Shown here one piece after another: positions 1 to 11,454 of a DNA stretch of 64,000 nt. The stretch covers positions 52,020,001 to 52,084,000 of the forward strand of contig NC_086097.1 in the NCBI RefSeq assembly GCF_963921235.1, in the 5' to 3' direction. Under the pieces are notes generated by a model that saw only the letters and a list, made by a program, of their open reading frames with translations, was not told the origin of the DNA and searched no databases. Position numbers and translations under genes: made by a program. Each line of letters begins with the position of its first letter. The stretch's first letter is position 1. The DNA comes from Mobula hypostoma (Eukaryota).

Positions 1-137
1 AAGTAAAGGCGCTGGTGGGCCTTCTTGGCAGTGAACTCTGCTTGGTTGGACCAAGTCAGGTCATTTGTGAGATTGACCCCAAGGAACTTAAAGCTTTTGA
101 CCTGTTCCACTTGCGCACCACCGATGTAAATTGGGTC
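1..137 (-). mobile_element. Rex1/Babar-type LINE RT fragment (runs off window start)
   Basis: Minus strand translates GAQVEQVKSFKFLGVNLTNDLTWSNQAEFTAKKAHQRLY, the post-YADD region of Rex1/Babar RT. Confidence 0.8.
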
Positions 138-1324
138 AATACAATATATGTATTGTATTTTAAATAGTTGAGTTACAATAAGTAGTTCAAAAAAAGAAAT
201 AAATTTAAAAAGTAGAGGTAGTGTTCATGGATTTAGAAATCGGGTGGCAGAGGGGAAGAAGCTGTTCTTGAATCACTATACGTGCCTTCAGGCTTCTGTA
301 CCTCCATCCGGATGGTAACGATGAGAGAATGGCATGTCCTGGGTGGTGAGCGTCATTAATGGTGGACGCCACTTTCCTGAGGCATCGCTCCTTGAAGCTA
401 TCTTCAGTACTATGAAGGCTAGTACCCATGATGGAGCTGACAAATTTTACAATTTTCTGCACCTTACTATGAACCTGTACAGTAGCCACCCCCCCCCACC
501 CCCACACTTACCAGACAGTGATGCAGCCTCTAAGAATGCTCTCCATAGTACATCTATAGAAGTTTCCGAGTATTTTAGGTGACAAAAAAAAAGTTTCCAA
601 GTATTTTAGGTCTCCTCCAACGCATACTGAAATATAGCGCTGTCTTGCCTTCTTTATAGCTGTATCAATATGTTGCGACCAGTTTAGGTCCTCAGAGATA
701 TTGACACTCAGGAACTTGAAATTGCTCACTCTTTCCACTTCTGATGCTTCTATGAGGACAGGTTTGTGTTCCCTCGTTCTACCCTTGCTGAAGTCCACAA
801 TCAGATCTTTGGTCTTACTGATGTTGAGTGCAGGGTCGTTGCTGCGACTCCACTTAACTAGTTGGTATATCTCATTCCCGTACACCCTCTCATCACCATC
901 TGAGCTAAGTGTGTTTTTAAATGTTGCTGCTGTAACAAAAGAATTTCCCACTCAGGATCAATCAGATATTTATTATTATTATTATTATTTCCAACCTGCA
1001 TAGATTGTGGTCCTCTGGTTAGGAAGTCAAGGATCCATTTGCAGAGGGAGGTTCTGTAGCTTTTCAATCAGGATGGTAGGAATGATGGTGTTGAAATGAA
1101 CAGCATCCTGACATGGGTATTTGTATTTTCCAGGTGATCCAAGTCTGCGTAGAGAGCCATTGAGATCGTGTTCTCTGTAGACCTATTGTGGCAATAGGCA
1201 AATTGCAGTGGGTCCAGGATTACCGAGACAAGATTTGATTCTAGCCATGTCGAACTTCTCAAAGCACTTCATCACCATAGATGTGAGTGCTACTGAGCGA
1301 TAGTCATTAAGGCAGCTCACGCTA

Positions 1325-2011
1325 CAGGCAGTCCCCGGGTTACCAACGAGATCCGTTCCTAAGTTTGTCTTTAAGTCGAATTTGTAGGTAAGTCCGAACA
1401 GGTACATACGATTCTTATTTAGCGTCAGTCAAATGTTTGTCTTGGTATACAGTATATATATTACCTTTCTATGCATTAGACCCCAGCGCCGATTCCCCGC
1501 CACCTCCACCTCCCAGTAGTGTCTCTGCAATGTGAATCCCTCCGATCCCAGTACACAAGCCCAGCTTGTGAATCTCTTCCCAGTGTCAGTGAGGTCCCTT
1601 TGTGTTCCGGTACATCTCACACTCTTCCAACCTTCAGACACCTCCATTTCCCGATACACCTCAACATCCAGGGTGACAGAAACGGGGAGAAAAGCAGAGA
1701 ATTAGAGAGTCCCCGTGGATTGGGAGGAGACTCGGGCAGCGCGGCCCGCAGGACCGGGAGAAGGCTGCTGAGCCTCAGGCACAGTCGGGTAGCCGACAGG
1801 AACTGTTTTCAGAGTTTTATCTAACTACAGCGGATGGACAACCAGTATCCCCCCGAGATTTATCCTCCAGGACGGAGAGCAGATTTCCCAGTCAACACAC
1901 ACAAAATGCTAGAAGCAGAATGTGTTCGGAGAGACGGACAGGCTTTATGGCAGTCCGTTCGTAAGTACGAGTTGTCCGTAGGTCGGACATTCGTAACCCA
2001 GGGACTGCCTG
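1325..2011. mobile_element. Non-autonomous Tigger/pogo-like DNA transposon carrying captured host DNA
   Basis: TIRs CAGGCAGTCCCCGGGTTAC (1325) and GTAACCCAGGGACTGCCTG (ends 2011) match at 18/19 positions. TA duplication at 1323-1324 and 2012-2013. No transposase. Confidence 0.9.
1478..1682 (-). pseudogene. TRIM-family B30.2 (PRY-SPRY) exon fragment, 3'-truncated, inside the MITE
   Basis: Translates SVTLDVEVYREMEVSEGWKSVRCTGTQRDLTDTGKRFTSWACVLGSEGFTLQRHYWEVEVAGNRRWGL, with the VTLD, KRF, CVLGSEGF and HYWEVEV hallmarks. It is preceded by CTAAT plus a polypyrimidine tract, but the acceptor AG is missing. Confidence 0.9.
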
Positions 2012-2079
2012 TACTCTTCTTGGGAATTGATATAATTGTTGCCCTTTTGAAGCAAGTGGGAACTTCCAACCATAGTAAT

Positions 2080-2520
2080 TCGGAACTATTTCCAGTATCC
2101 ATTGATTCTAGAAAGATCACCATTAATGCCCCCGCAATCTCTTCAGCTAATCCTTTCAGGATCCTGGGGTATAGTCTATCTGGTCCAGGTGACTTATTTA
2201 CCTTCAGAACTTTCAGCTTCTCAAGCACCTTGTCCTTAGTAACAGCAACTGCACTCATTCCTGCTCCCTGGCACTCCTGAACTTACAGCATACTGCTTGT
2301 ATCTTCCACAGCGAAGACTGTTGCAAAATATTTATTACATTAACATTATTAGGACTGATGCAAAGTTCAGCCACCATTTCTTTGTCCTACAACCTACCTC
2401 TCCAGTATCATTTTCCAGTAGACCAATATCCACTCTCACCTCCCTTTTACTCTTCATATATCTGAAAAACATTTGGTATTCTCTTTTATATGATTGACTA
2501 GCATACCTTCATATTTCATC
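2080..2520 (-). mobile_element. CR1 LINE ORF2 fragment
   Basis: KDKVLEKLKVLKVNKSPGPDRLYPRILKGLAEEIAGALMVIFLESMDTG (ORF 1860-2258). Confidence 0.85.
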
Positions 2521-2586
2521 TGTGTGAAGTCCAGTTACTATAAAGTGCTACAACTATGAAATTAATGAGGATGGAATGACTTTCTA

Positions 2587-2842
2587 ACTCCGCCATGGAT
2601 AGTCCCAAGCCCGGCTGGGAAAGGAGGAGTGTTGAGCATGGGTCTAGTAACTCAATTCTGTAAACAATCCACTGCTACAGAAACATCAACAGGAGCTCCA
2701 AAGACCTGATCCCTGAGAGAGGAAGGATCTTAAACGGGCTTCACCTGGGATCAACTTGAAGGACCGGCTCAGGACAGAGGAATCTGGCAAGCTGCTTCAG
2801 TGGCCTACGCCCCATTAGGGGTAATGGGCTTAAGAAGAACGA
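2587..2842 (+). mobile_element. Short non-autonomous RTE-derived element (5' UTR piece joined to 3' end)
   Basis: 13-bp TSD GAATGAC(T/C)TTCTA at 2574-2586 and 2843-2855. RTE-like 5' motif CCCAAGCCCGG..AAAGGAGGAG. The 3' part encodes an RTE-like C-terminus (AQDRGIWQ) and ends in an AAG-rich tail. Confidence 0.65.
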
Positions 2843-3524
2843 GAATGACCTTCTAGATGGTTTGTGTATTTTCTGCTGTTAATAATGTTTTATGCCCTGT
2901 TGAGCTGGCAGATTGTTAAATATCTCATCTGTGACATCTCCAAGCATTTCCTCCGTATTGTATGAAAATGCCACTGCAGCCTGCCTGCTGAAACCCTCAC
3001 CCTGCCACGATGTTATTACACCAGAAGTAGCTTGTGAATCAGGTGCCCCTTTTGTCTGAGATGACAGGCTGGATCTCATTAACAAGTATTAGGCTTCACC
3101 TTCGTTGAAATTATTAGTTGGCTCCTTCCCTTCGGTGTATGATTTCTAAATAGAATGTTGAGATTGCTTCAAAAATATCACAAGAAACATTTCTTGAGCT
3201 GTGGTGATGCTAGCATTACATCCAAATGGAAGCTAAAACTGAAACATTGTGCAGCTCCCAAGGTGGTTTTAAGAGGGTGCTGTGGATGCACCTTCAAATC
3301 CATGGCTCTTAGAGAGTGACAGCATGATTATATTGGTCATCAAGGTGTTTACAAAGATATTTTTTGCTGTTGCCACACCTAACCTGAGGCAGCTGGAAGT
3401 AGAAAGGATTGAATGAAAGAACACAGCTTTAAAATTCAGAATTGATTACCTTTTAGCTGAAGGTAGCATTTCCTGAAGAGAAAGGGGTGGTGAACTCCTT
3501 ATTTTAATTGGTTAGAAGTTTGGT

Positions 3525-6500
3525 CGGTCCTGGGTATGATTCTAAACTGCAACCAGTGATGAGGCTCTGATTGGGGACTTTCAGAGCTTTGGGAAAACTG
3601 GAGTTACCCCTTAGTCATTGTCACGTGACCGGCAACAATGAATATAGGATTAACTCAGGTTTTATAAAAACAATCAAACATTTATTAAACTCTGCTTAAT
3701 ATATATAAAAAATAAACAAACAAAAATCTTAACCAGAAGTAAACTGCTATGCGGCTATTTAACAAACCGCCACTCAGTACTAGTTCTTAAAGCGATAAAT
3801 GGGAAAACAGTTCTTAAAGTGGCAAATTCAAACACAGTTCTTAGAATGGTAAATTCGAAAGTCCAAGAGATTTATACAGAGAATTAGGATTTATACAGTT
3901 AATTAGGAGAGACTTTCCTGAAGTAAAGAATTCCTCGAAGACACGATGTCACTGCCAGTCCCAGCCGGATCCTGCCTTGTCCACAGGATTCACAAAGACG
4001 GAAATAAAAACAGTCTAATGGCACTGACCTTTCCCTCTGGATACAAGATACTGCACAGCCTTTTCTGCTGCTTTTAGCAGAGGCTATCTCACGCAGATCA
4101 CTCTTTCTTGAACGAATTCAATAATGGTCTATTCTCTCCAAAATCGCCAAATGACTCCTCCAGATTCCCTTCTTCACTCTCCAATACTACTGAAAAGGTA
4201 CATCAACAAATCTGGCAGCTATTGGTGAAACTACTGGCCCAACACTTCTGTACCTTACAATAGAAAGTAAAACTCCGTTTTAAAACTATACTGCATTATC
4301 AGATTAATAAGCAGCGAGGCGGAGTATTAGACTGATGATCTAACTGAAAACTAACTGCGTCACCAGGGGTCTACACTTATATACCTGATGAGAACAGGTC
4401 ATCAGGTGACCTCACATTGGCGGGAAAATTACATCATGTGACCTCCGCTGGATCATTACATCATCCTCACAAGACAGTCACAAGATATCCATGAAGTATG
4501 TAACATCATTCATTGCTCCCAGGGCCGCTCTGACCCAGAACGGTAACACCTGCAAGGGTTCCTGCTCAGGATACGAGCGAAGGCCAACGGCGGATCTGGC
4601 AGGTTCAGTAACTGAACTTATGACGGAGAAGGCAGATGAGCTAGGACCTCAAATGTCAACAGCTATAGTACAGGTGGATGAACATTTGGGAAGAGAAATG
4701 GTGATTTCTTTAGTTCGCCCAACGAAAGGCAATAGCAAACCACTGTTGCTAGATACTAGGTTTTCTAGAATCTATTTGCTAAGAATACCATGGTCAAACT
4801 CACAAAATGTATTGCACAACAACAACATCAAAAGAATCTTCAAGACAATTCTGAAGATGTTTCGCTTGGTAGGGTTGGTTCTGGGCAGTAGGGGATCCCC
4901 GACTGTCATCAAGCTACTGCTCATAAAATTCAAATAACACAGAAGAAAATTATTGCCACCTGAAATATAAGAACCCTATATCAAGCAGGAAGATTGGACA
5001 ATGTGATAAATGAAATGGAAAGACTAAAGATTAACATCATGGGAATTAATGAAGTTCGTTGGACAGGTGCTGGAACGTCAGAATAGAAATAAAACACTAA
5101 TTTATTCTTGTGGAACATCCCATACTAATGGAGTAGGAATTCTTATGGATGAAAACATGGTAAAAAGTCTTTTAGGACATTGGGCAATACCAGAAAGAGT
5201 GCTCCTTGTAAGATTCAGAGGACTACCATTTGATTTAGCAATTATACAGGTATATGCACCAACAACAGATGGAACAAATAAGGATATTGATATATTCTAT
5301 GAAGAGCTTGAACAAGCAAAGAATGGATGCAAATCTCAAGATATTGTTATTGTCATGGGAGATCTAAATGCTAAAGTAGGACAAGGTGCTGATGGAAATA
5401 CCATTGGAAAATTTGGACTGGGGAAAGAAATGAAAGAGGCAAGAAATGGGTAGAATGTTCCAAGATGAATAATCAGGTCATTATGAATACCTACTTTAAA
5501 AACCATTCAAGATGCTTATGGACGTGAAAAAGTCCAGGTGATAACACCAGAAATCAAATTAACTTTATTACTATAAACCAAAGATTTAGAAACTCAGTGA
5601 CTCAATGCAAAACATATCCAGGTGCAGACTGTAATAGTGACTATAACCCAGTACTATGTCATGTAAAAGTAAAACTTAAAAAACTAAAGAAGAAAAAACC
5701 TGAAAAATCCCTTGACTACTCACAATTAATTAAAAAAGAAAACTTAAGACAAACATTTACAATTGAAATAAGGAATAGCTTTCAAAGTCTAGAAATAGAA
5801 TCTGTTGAAGATGATAGCAATCATGTAGAAATGAAGTTTAACTCTCTAAAGGATGCTTTGGTTGAATCAGCAAAGTCAGTGATTCCTAAAAAAGAAAAAG
5901 GCCCGAAGAATAAATGGATGACAGATGAAATCAAAAATCTAATGGAAGAAAGGAGACAGAAGAAAGCAAATCCTATTGAATATAAGTCCTTGGATAAAAA
6001 AAGTTAAAAGCTTATGTCAGAAAGTCAAAGAAGAATGGTTAAACCAGGAATGTGAGTAATTAGAAAGAATCCCTATTACTGATCCAAAAAGGTTACACCA
6101 ATAAATCAAGAATATCGCTGGTAAAAAGCTCCTCTGTTCTTCAGGTGGATGTTTGAAAGCAAAGGACGGTACCATTATCATGGAAAAAGATGAGATTATG
6201 AACAGATGGACTGAGTATATTCAGCAATTGTTTGAAGACGATGGAGGTGAAAACCAGAAATTAAGAACATTGAAGGTCCAAGTATTTTAAAATCTGAAGT
6301 TCGTAATGCAATAAATAAGATGAAGAAAGGAAAGGCAGCAGGTCCTGATGAATTAGTAATAGGAAAAATTATCCTATAGAACCAATGACATTTATGAGGC
6401 TGGAATAATACCAGAAGAGATGAAAAAAATCAATATTTATCACTCTTCCTAAGAAACCTGGAGCAATAGAATGTGAATTACATAGGACCATAAGTTTAAT

Positions 6501-7760
6501 TAGTCATATCACCAAGATACTTCTAAGAATTTTGATGACAAGATCTAAAAGTAAAATACAAGCTGAAATAGGTAAAGAACAATGTGGTTTTGTGAAAGAC
6601 AAAGGTGCAGGAAACACAATATTGATGTTAAGGATACTATCAGAATGAACTATTCAAGTGCAAAAAGATTTGTTGTTTTGTGTTATCGACTACACAAAAG
6701 CATTTGATAAAGTGAAGCACAATAAGTTATTTGAAATATTACAGGAAACTCTAGATCTAGATTCGAAAGACCTCCGCCTAATCAGAAATCTGTACTGGGA
6801 ACAAACTGCCGCTATAAGAATAGATGGAGAAGTAAGTCAGTTTACAAAAATCAAGAGAGGCGTTAGACAAGGGTCTGTTTTCTCCCCTGATTTGTTTAAT
6901 GTGTACAGTGAAACAATATTACAAAAAATAAGAGACATCTTGGATATCAAAGTTGGCGGTGAAAACATCAATAATTTTAGATATGTGGATGACACTGTGT
7001 TAATTGAGAGTAAGGAGGAAGAACTACAAAATTTAATTGATATAGTTGTGGAAGAAAGTGAAAAATGGGTCTATCAATTGCAAAAAGACAATGCATGGTG
7101 ATATCCAAAGAGAAGGAGAATCCTATCTGCAGGCTGAGCATAAACAGGGAAGACATAAAACAATTACAGATCTTTTACTATACTTAGGAAGCTGGGTGAC
7201 ATCAGATGGCAGGTGGGACATGGACATCAAAAGAAGAATAGGGATGGCAAAGGACACCTTTACGAGAATGAAGAGTATACTGACCAACACTAAACTAGGC
7301 ATGCCAACCCGCCTCAGAGCACAGAAATGTTACCTTTATCCAGTTACGTTATTTGGCTCAGAATACTGGACAACGTCTAGTAACACGAGGAAACAAACTG
7401 AAGCAGCAGAGATGTGATTTTTGAGGAGGATGCAAAGAATATCATGGATGAAACGAATATCTAATGAGGATGTCATGAACAGAGCAAGCACAAAAAGAGA
7501 AATAATGTATGAGATCATGAAAAGGCAACGTAACTTCATTGGACATGTGATCAGGAAAGAGGAGTTAGAATGCACGGTAATTATGGGAAAGATTGAAGGG
7601 AAGAAAGCAAGAGGAAGGCAAAGACAAATGATGATGGAGACAGCAGCCAGAGAACTGGAAATGAATACCAATGAATTGATTCACTTGACGCAAAGCAGGA
7701 GTGTGTGGGCCATGGTAGTCAAAGCTCAAATTGGGCATGACACCTGATGATGATGATAAT
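3525..7760 (+). mobile_element. Full-length but disabled RTE-clade LINE (APE endonuclease + RT)
   Basis: APE motifs EVRWTG, IIQVYAPT, VMGDLNAKVG. RT motifs IDYTKAFDKV, GVRQGSVFSPDLFN, RYVDD, YLGS. (TGA)n tail and 9-bp TSD AAGTTTGGT at 3516-3524 and 7761-7769. Multiple stops and frameshifts. Confidence 0.9.
3619..4505 (-). mobile_element. Solo LTR (probably Gypsy) inserted in the RTE 5' UTR
   Basis: Termini TGTCAC...GTAACA and 4-bp TSD TCAT (3615-3618, 4506-4509). Strand inferred from a minus-strand AATAAA near 3682 and a TATA-like motif near 4380. Confidence 0.8.
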
Positions 7761-7994
7761 AAGTTTGGTACTGAATAACCCTTAAAGCCCTGGAAAGCAT
7801 AGTTTGCCAAAGCCATTCAAATATCCTGTCATCCAAGGGGGTCACTAACCAAAGTTTCAGTAGCCCCAACCACCCCACAGCTACAAAGGTGCTATTGAAA
7901 AAGAGAAGCCATTATCCATAATTGAAGATCATCACTCAGTTCTAAGACCGGATCTGGAATCTCACTAAGGAGAAGGGACCATTAGCTATATGAA

Positions 7995-8189
7995 GCGACA
8001 CACATAAAAGTTGCTGGTGAACGCAGCAGGCCAGGCAGCATCTCTAGGAAGAGGTGCAGTCGACGTTTCAGGCCGAGACCCTGAAACGTCGACTGCACCT
8101 CTTCCTAGAGATGCTGCCTGGCCTGCTGCATTCACCAGCAACTTTTATGTGTGTTGCTTGAATTTCCAGCATCTGCAGAATTCCTGTTG
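7995..8189. mobile_element. Fold-back Penelope-like (PLE) mini-element
   Basis: Near-perfect inverted arms of ~80 bp plus a ~30-nt unpaired tail. 13-bp TSD TTAGCTATATGAA (7982-7994, 8190-8202). Same sequence as the PLE ends at ~22900-23010 and ~56140-56245. Confidence 0.85.
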
Positions 8190-8284
8190 TTAGCTATATG
8201 AAATTGGGATTGGGATCACTGGCTTAGGGCACTGGACCAACTGGACAGTCAATGGACAGAGTATGTTTCATGGAAGAGGGTCAT

Positions 8285-9580
8285 AAAATAGATAGAAAAC
8301 AGCAGAATTACTAGGCTCCTTTAACCCCTTGGGTCTGCTCTGATTTTCAGCAAGATTATGGCTTCAACACCACTTTTCCACACACACTCTGGACCCTTTG
8401 AATCCCTTATAATCCAAATACCTGGCACATTGAATATATTCAATAACTCCTTCTCCAAGACTGCTTGGGTTAGTGAATTCTCAAGCATTATAACCCTCTG
8501 AGAGAAGAATTTCTTTCTTATCTCCAATTTTAATGGACATGTTCTTATTATCAAACTCTGACCCCTGGTTCTCAATGCCCCTACTAGGGAGAACTTCATC
8601 TTAGCATCTGCATGATCAATATCCCTCAGAATCTGATAAACAATAATTATAAGACCTGCCTACTCAACCTCTTGGTACACCCTCATCCAGGTATCAACCT
8701 AATGAACATTTCTCTGCACAGCCTACAAAATAAATATATGCTTCCTTAAACATGGTGACCTAAACTGTACCCAATACTCCAGCACCCTAAAACTTTGCAT
8801 CAAAACTTCCAATTTTTATACTCCATGATAACATCTCATTGGCCTTACAGCAACCGTGTTGCCAAACCTTTGAGTTCCTTGCATGAGGATCCCCACCAAC
8901 CCACCCCCAAAGTTTTTTGTACTACAACCTTTTGATGTCTCACTCTATTTAAATAATGCTTTTTTCAACAGTGGATAACCTGACATTTTCAAGCATCATG
9001 CTCCATCTGCAGTATCCTGGACGCTTTGCTAACCTGTGTGTCTTTGCAGGCACTTTCCGTCATCCTCACAGTTTGTTAACCCACATACCTTGTGGCATCA
9101 GCACATTTGACTGTAAAACCTACGTTTAAGACATTACCACAGAGTTCAACTAGTTAGGGTCTCAGCAAAGATCCCCATGCAATGCCTTTAGTTTCTAACG
9201 GCAGACCTGAAAATTATCCTGACATGTTTTTGTTAGTTAGTCAATCTCCCTAGAAATCCCCCAGTTATCTGTAATCTTATATAGTAATGTGGCACCTTAT
9301 CTAATGCCTTCTGGAAATCCAAAAGCATTACACCTACTGTTTCCACTTTATTCATCCTGTTTGTTCCCCCCACCAACATTGTAGCAAATTTGTCAAACAT
9401 GATTTGCCTTGCATGAAAACCATGTTGACTTGATTTGATTGCCTTATTTATAAATGCCCAGCTATTACTTCCTTAGTAAGAGATTCAAACATTTTCGCAA
9501 TGCCAGATGTTAGAATTAGTTTCCTGCTGTTTAATGGTAGTGTCTTATTTTCATTCCTTTTGGTCCTTTCCAGTACCCAG
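8285..9580 (-). mobile_element. Old CR1 LINE 3' portion
   Basis: RTRGQSLIIR..EIRKKFFSQRV C-terminal motif, degenerate DFQKA.DKVPH motif near 9290-9320, CR1-like 3' UTR. Confidence 0.75.
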
Positions 9581-9616
9581 GAAATTTGGTAGTTTACAAC
9601 CAATGCAACCACTTCC

Positions 9617-9970
9617 TATATATATATATATCTACCTTCTCCCATTCTCATTCCCTCTCTCTCAGCCTCTCATTTCTTCCCTCTCTCTGCCTCACTCTTT
9701 CACTCTCTCATCTCCTTCTCACTCTCTTCCTCTACCTCTCCCTTTCTTTCTCCTTCCCTCTCCTCTTTATTTCTGACTCCCTCTCTCTCCATTTCCCTCT
9801 CACTCTCTTTGCCTCTCCCTTGCTCTGTCCTTCTCTCTCAACCCTCTTTCTCTCTGTCTCCTCCTCCCTCCCTCTCTTCCTCCGCTCTCTCCTCTTCCTC
9901 TCTTCCTCTCCACCTCTCTCTCACGCTCCACCTTCTCTCCCTCTCCCCCCTCTCTCCCTCTCTCTCTCAT
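9617..9970. repeat. (TA)n followed by a ~340-bp CT-rich low-complexity tract
   Basis: Plus strand is almost entirely pyrimidine. Confidence 0.95.
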
Positions 9971-10814
9971 TTGCATATTGCTCCTTGCATACAACAAATA
10001 TAAGTGTGGTGTCCAGCCATGCTAATAACATGCAGCTCTACAAATGTATGTTGTTATTTGCAGTGAAAGGATAAACATGATCAAAATAGTCAGGAGCAAA
10101 ACAATCAGTTTGGTCTCCAGTTCAGCATAATTCAGTTAATGGTTATTTAGACAGCAATTTGTTTGTGACTCAGGATTGTTCACTCATCATGTCGGGTGAC
10201 CACATGTGGTTAATGGATGGGAAAATGACAAATGCTGCATTAGGCCACTACATCAAGGGCTGAGGACTGTGTACTGAAAGCCACTACCCAACTTATACAA
10301 ACAGCCCCATTTCCCTTGGTGGCTGTGTTTACATAAGGGGCATTGACAGCATTCCAAGGCAGGGCCAGCTGCAGGCTAATTCCTAAAATGACCACAAATT
10401 TTGGAACCAAATGCCTCATTTTTCACCTCGTCAAGAAAAAGTGAGAAAAATCTCTGACAGCAAGATAACAAACCGTTTAGTGGCAGGGAGTAAATGTTAA
10501 GTTATAGCTGACATTTCATATATCGATATCATGTGAGACTTCATTGTTACTATGACAACTATGAGAGATAAGAGATCTGCCTCCCACAGGCTGAACACAA
10601 TGGCTTATGTTGTTTTAGGAGTCCAGTTTTCCCACCTGGAGGAAATAGCTTCACAGTTGGTATCCTTAGTTTGACATTGCTAATTATGTCTATAAGTTAC
10701 CACAATTAATTTTAGTGTGGGCTTCTGACCATCGTCTTTAACCTCTTCAAGGAATGAATTAAATTTATTGGAATCTGAATCAGATTTATTATCACTTGTA
10801 TATGCTGTGAAACT

Positions 10815-11454
10815 AGGGTTGTCTATTGTGACCAGTGCTCCGAATGCGGCCTCCTCTACGTTGGTGAGAACCATCGTAAATTGGGGGACTGCTCCGTTGA
10901 GCACCTCCTCCCCATCTGCCGCGTGGGACTCCCCGGTGGCCAAACATTTAAATACCCGTTTCCATTCTGACATGTTGGTCCATGGCCTCCTCTTGTGCCA
11001 AGATGAGGCTACCCTCAGGGTGGAGGAGCAATACCTTGTATTCGGTCTGGTTAGCCACCTATCTGATGGCATTAATATTGATTTCCCCTTCTGGTAAGCA
11101 CATTTCATCTCTCTCCCCCCCACCCACCTTCCTCTATTCCCCACTCCGACCTTTTATTTCTTTGCACCTGCCTATTACTTCTCACTGGATCCCGCTCCTC
11201 CTTCCCTTTCTCCTGTGGTCCTCCATCCTCTCCTATCAGATTCTTTCCTCTCCAGCTCTTGACCTTTCCCACGCACTTGGCTTCAACTATCACCTTCCAG
11301 TTAGCCTTTTCCCCCTTCCCCAACCTTTTTATTCTGTCACCTTCCCCCTTCCTTTTTAGTCCTGATGAAGGGTCTCGGCCCGAAATATCGACTGTTTATT
11401 AATTTCCATTGATGCTGCCTGACCTGCTGAGTTCCTCCAGTGTTTTGTGTGTGT
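10815..11454 (+). mobile_element. Penelope-like element 3' part (GIY-YIG endonuclease end + pLTR)
   Basis: PVAKHLN..HSDMLVHGLL..EATLRVEEQYLVF..DGINIDF. TSD TGCTGTGAA(A/G)CT at 10803-10814 and 11455-11466. Hammerhead core at 11362. Confidence 0.85.
11357..11394 (+). ncRNA. Minimal type I hammerhead ribozyme motif in PLE pLTR
   Basis: TAGTC-CTGATGA-AGGGTCTCGGCCC-GAAA-TATC-GACTG: catalytic core, stem I (TAGTC/GACTG), stem II (GGG/CCC) and a palindromic, loopless stem III. Confidence 0.7.

Larger units (their letters stand above)
140..2072 (-). mobile_element. Rex1/Babar LINE, decayed, split by the MITE at 1325-2011
   Basis: ORF pieces [77 protein letters not shown]. The sequence reads through across the MITE (gcagctcacgc-TA-ctcttcttggg). 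A plus-strand LINE tail ending in (TTA)n replaces part of it at ~910-990. Confidence 0.85.

Noticed and set aside
1429..1659. Functional TRIM gene
   Set aside because: Only the first part of B30.2 is present, the splice acceptor is lost, there are no RING/B-box/coiled-coil exons, and it lies within a MITE.
2879..3085. Short ORFs in unique DNA (also 28053-28301, 31481-31708, 50338-50574, 53598-53858)
   Set aside because: No recognisable domain and no convincing pair of splice sites around an open frame.
4940..7747. Active RT gene or prokaryotic RT system (retron, group II intron, DGR)
   Set aside because: APE-RT layout, microsatellite tail and TSD identify a eukaryotic LINE, and the frame is broken many times.
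9507..10074. Leu/Ser/Pro-rich membrane-like ORFs
   Set aside because: Artefacts of the CT-rich tract.
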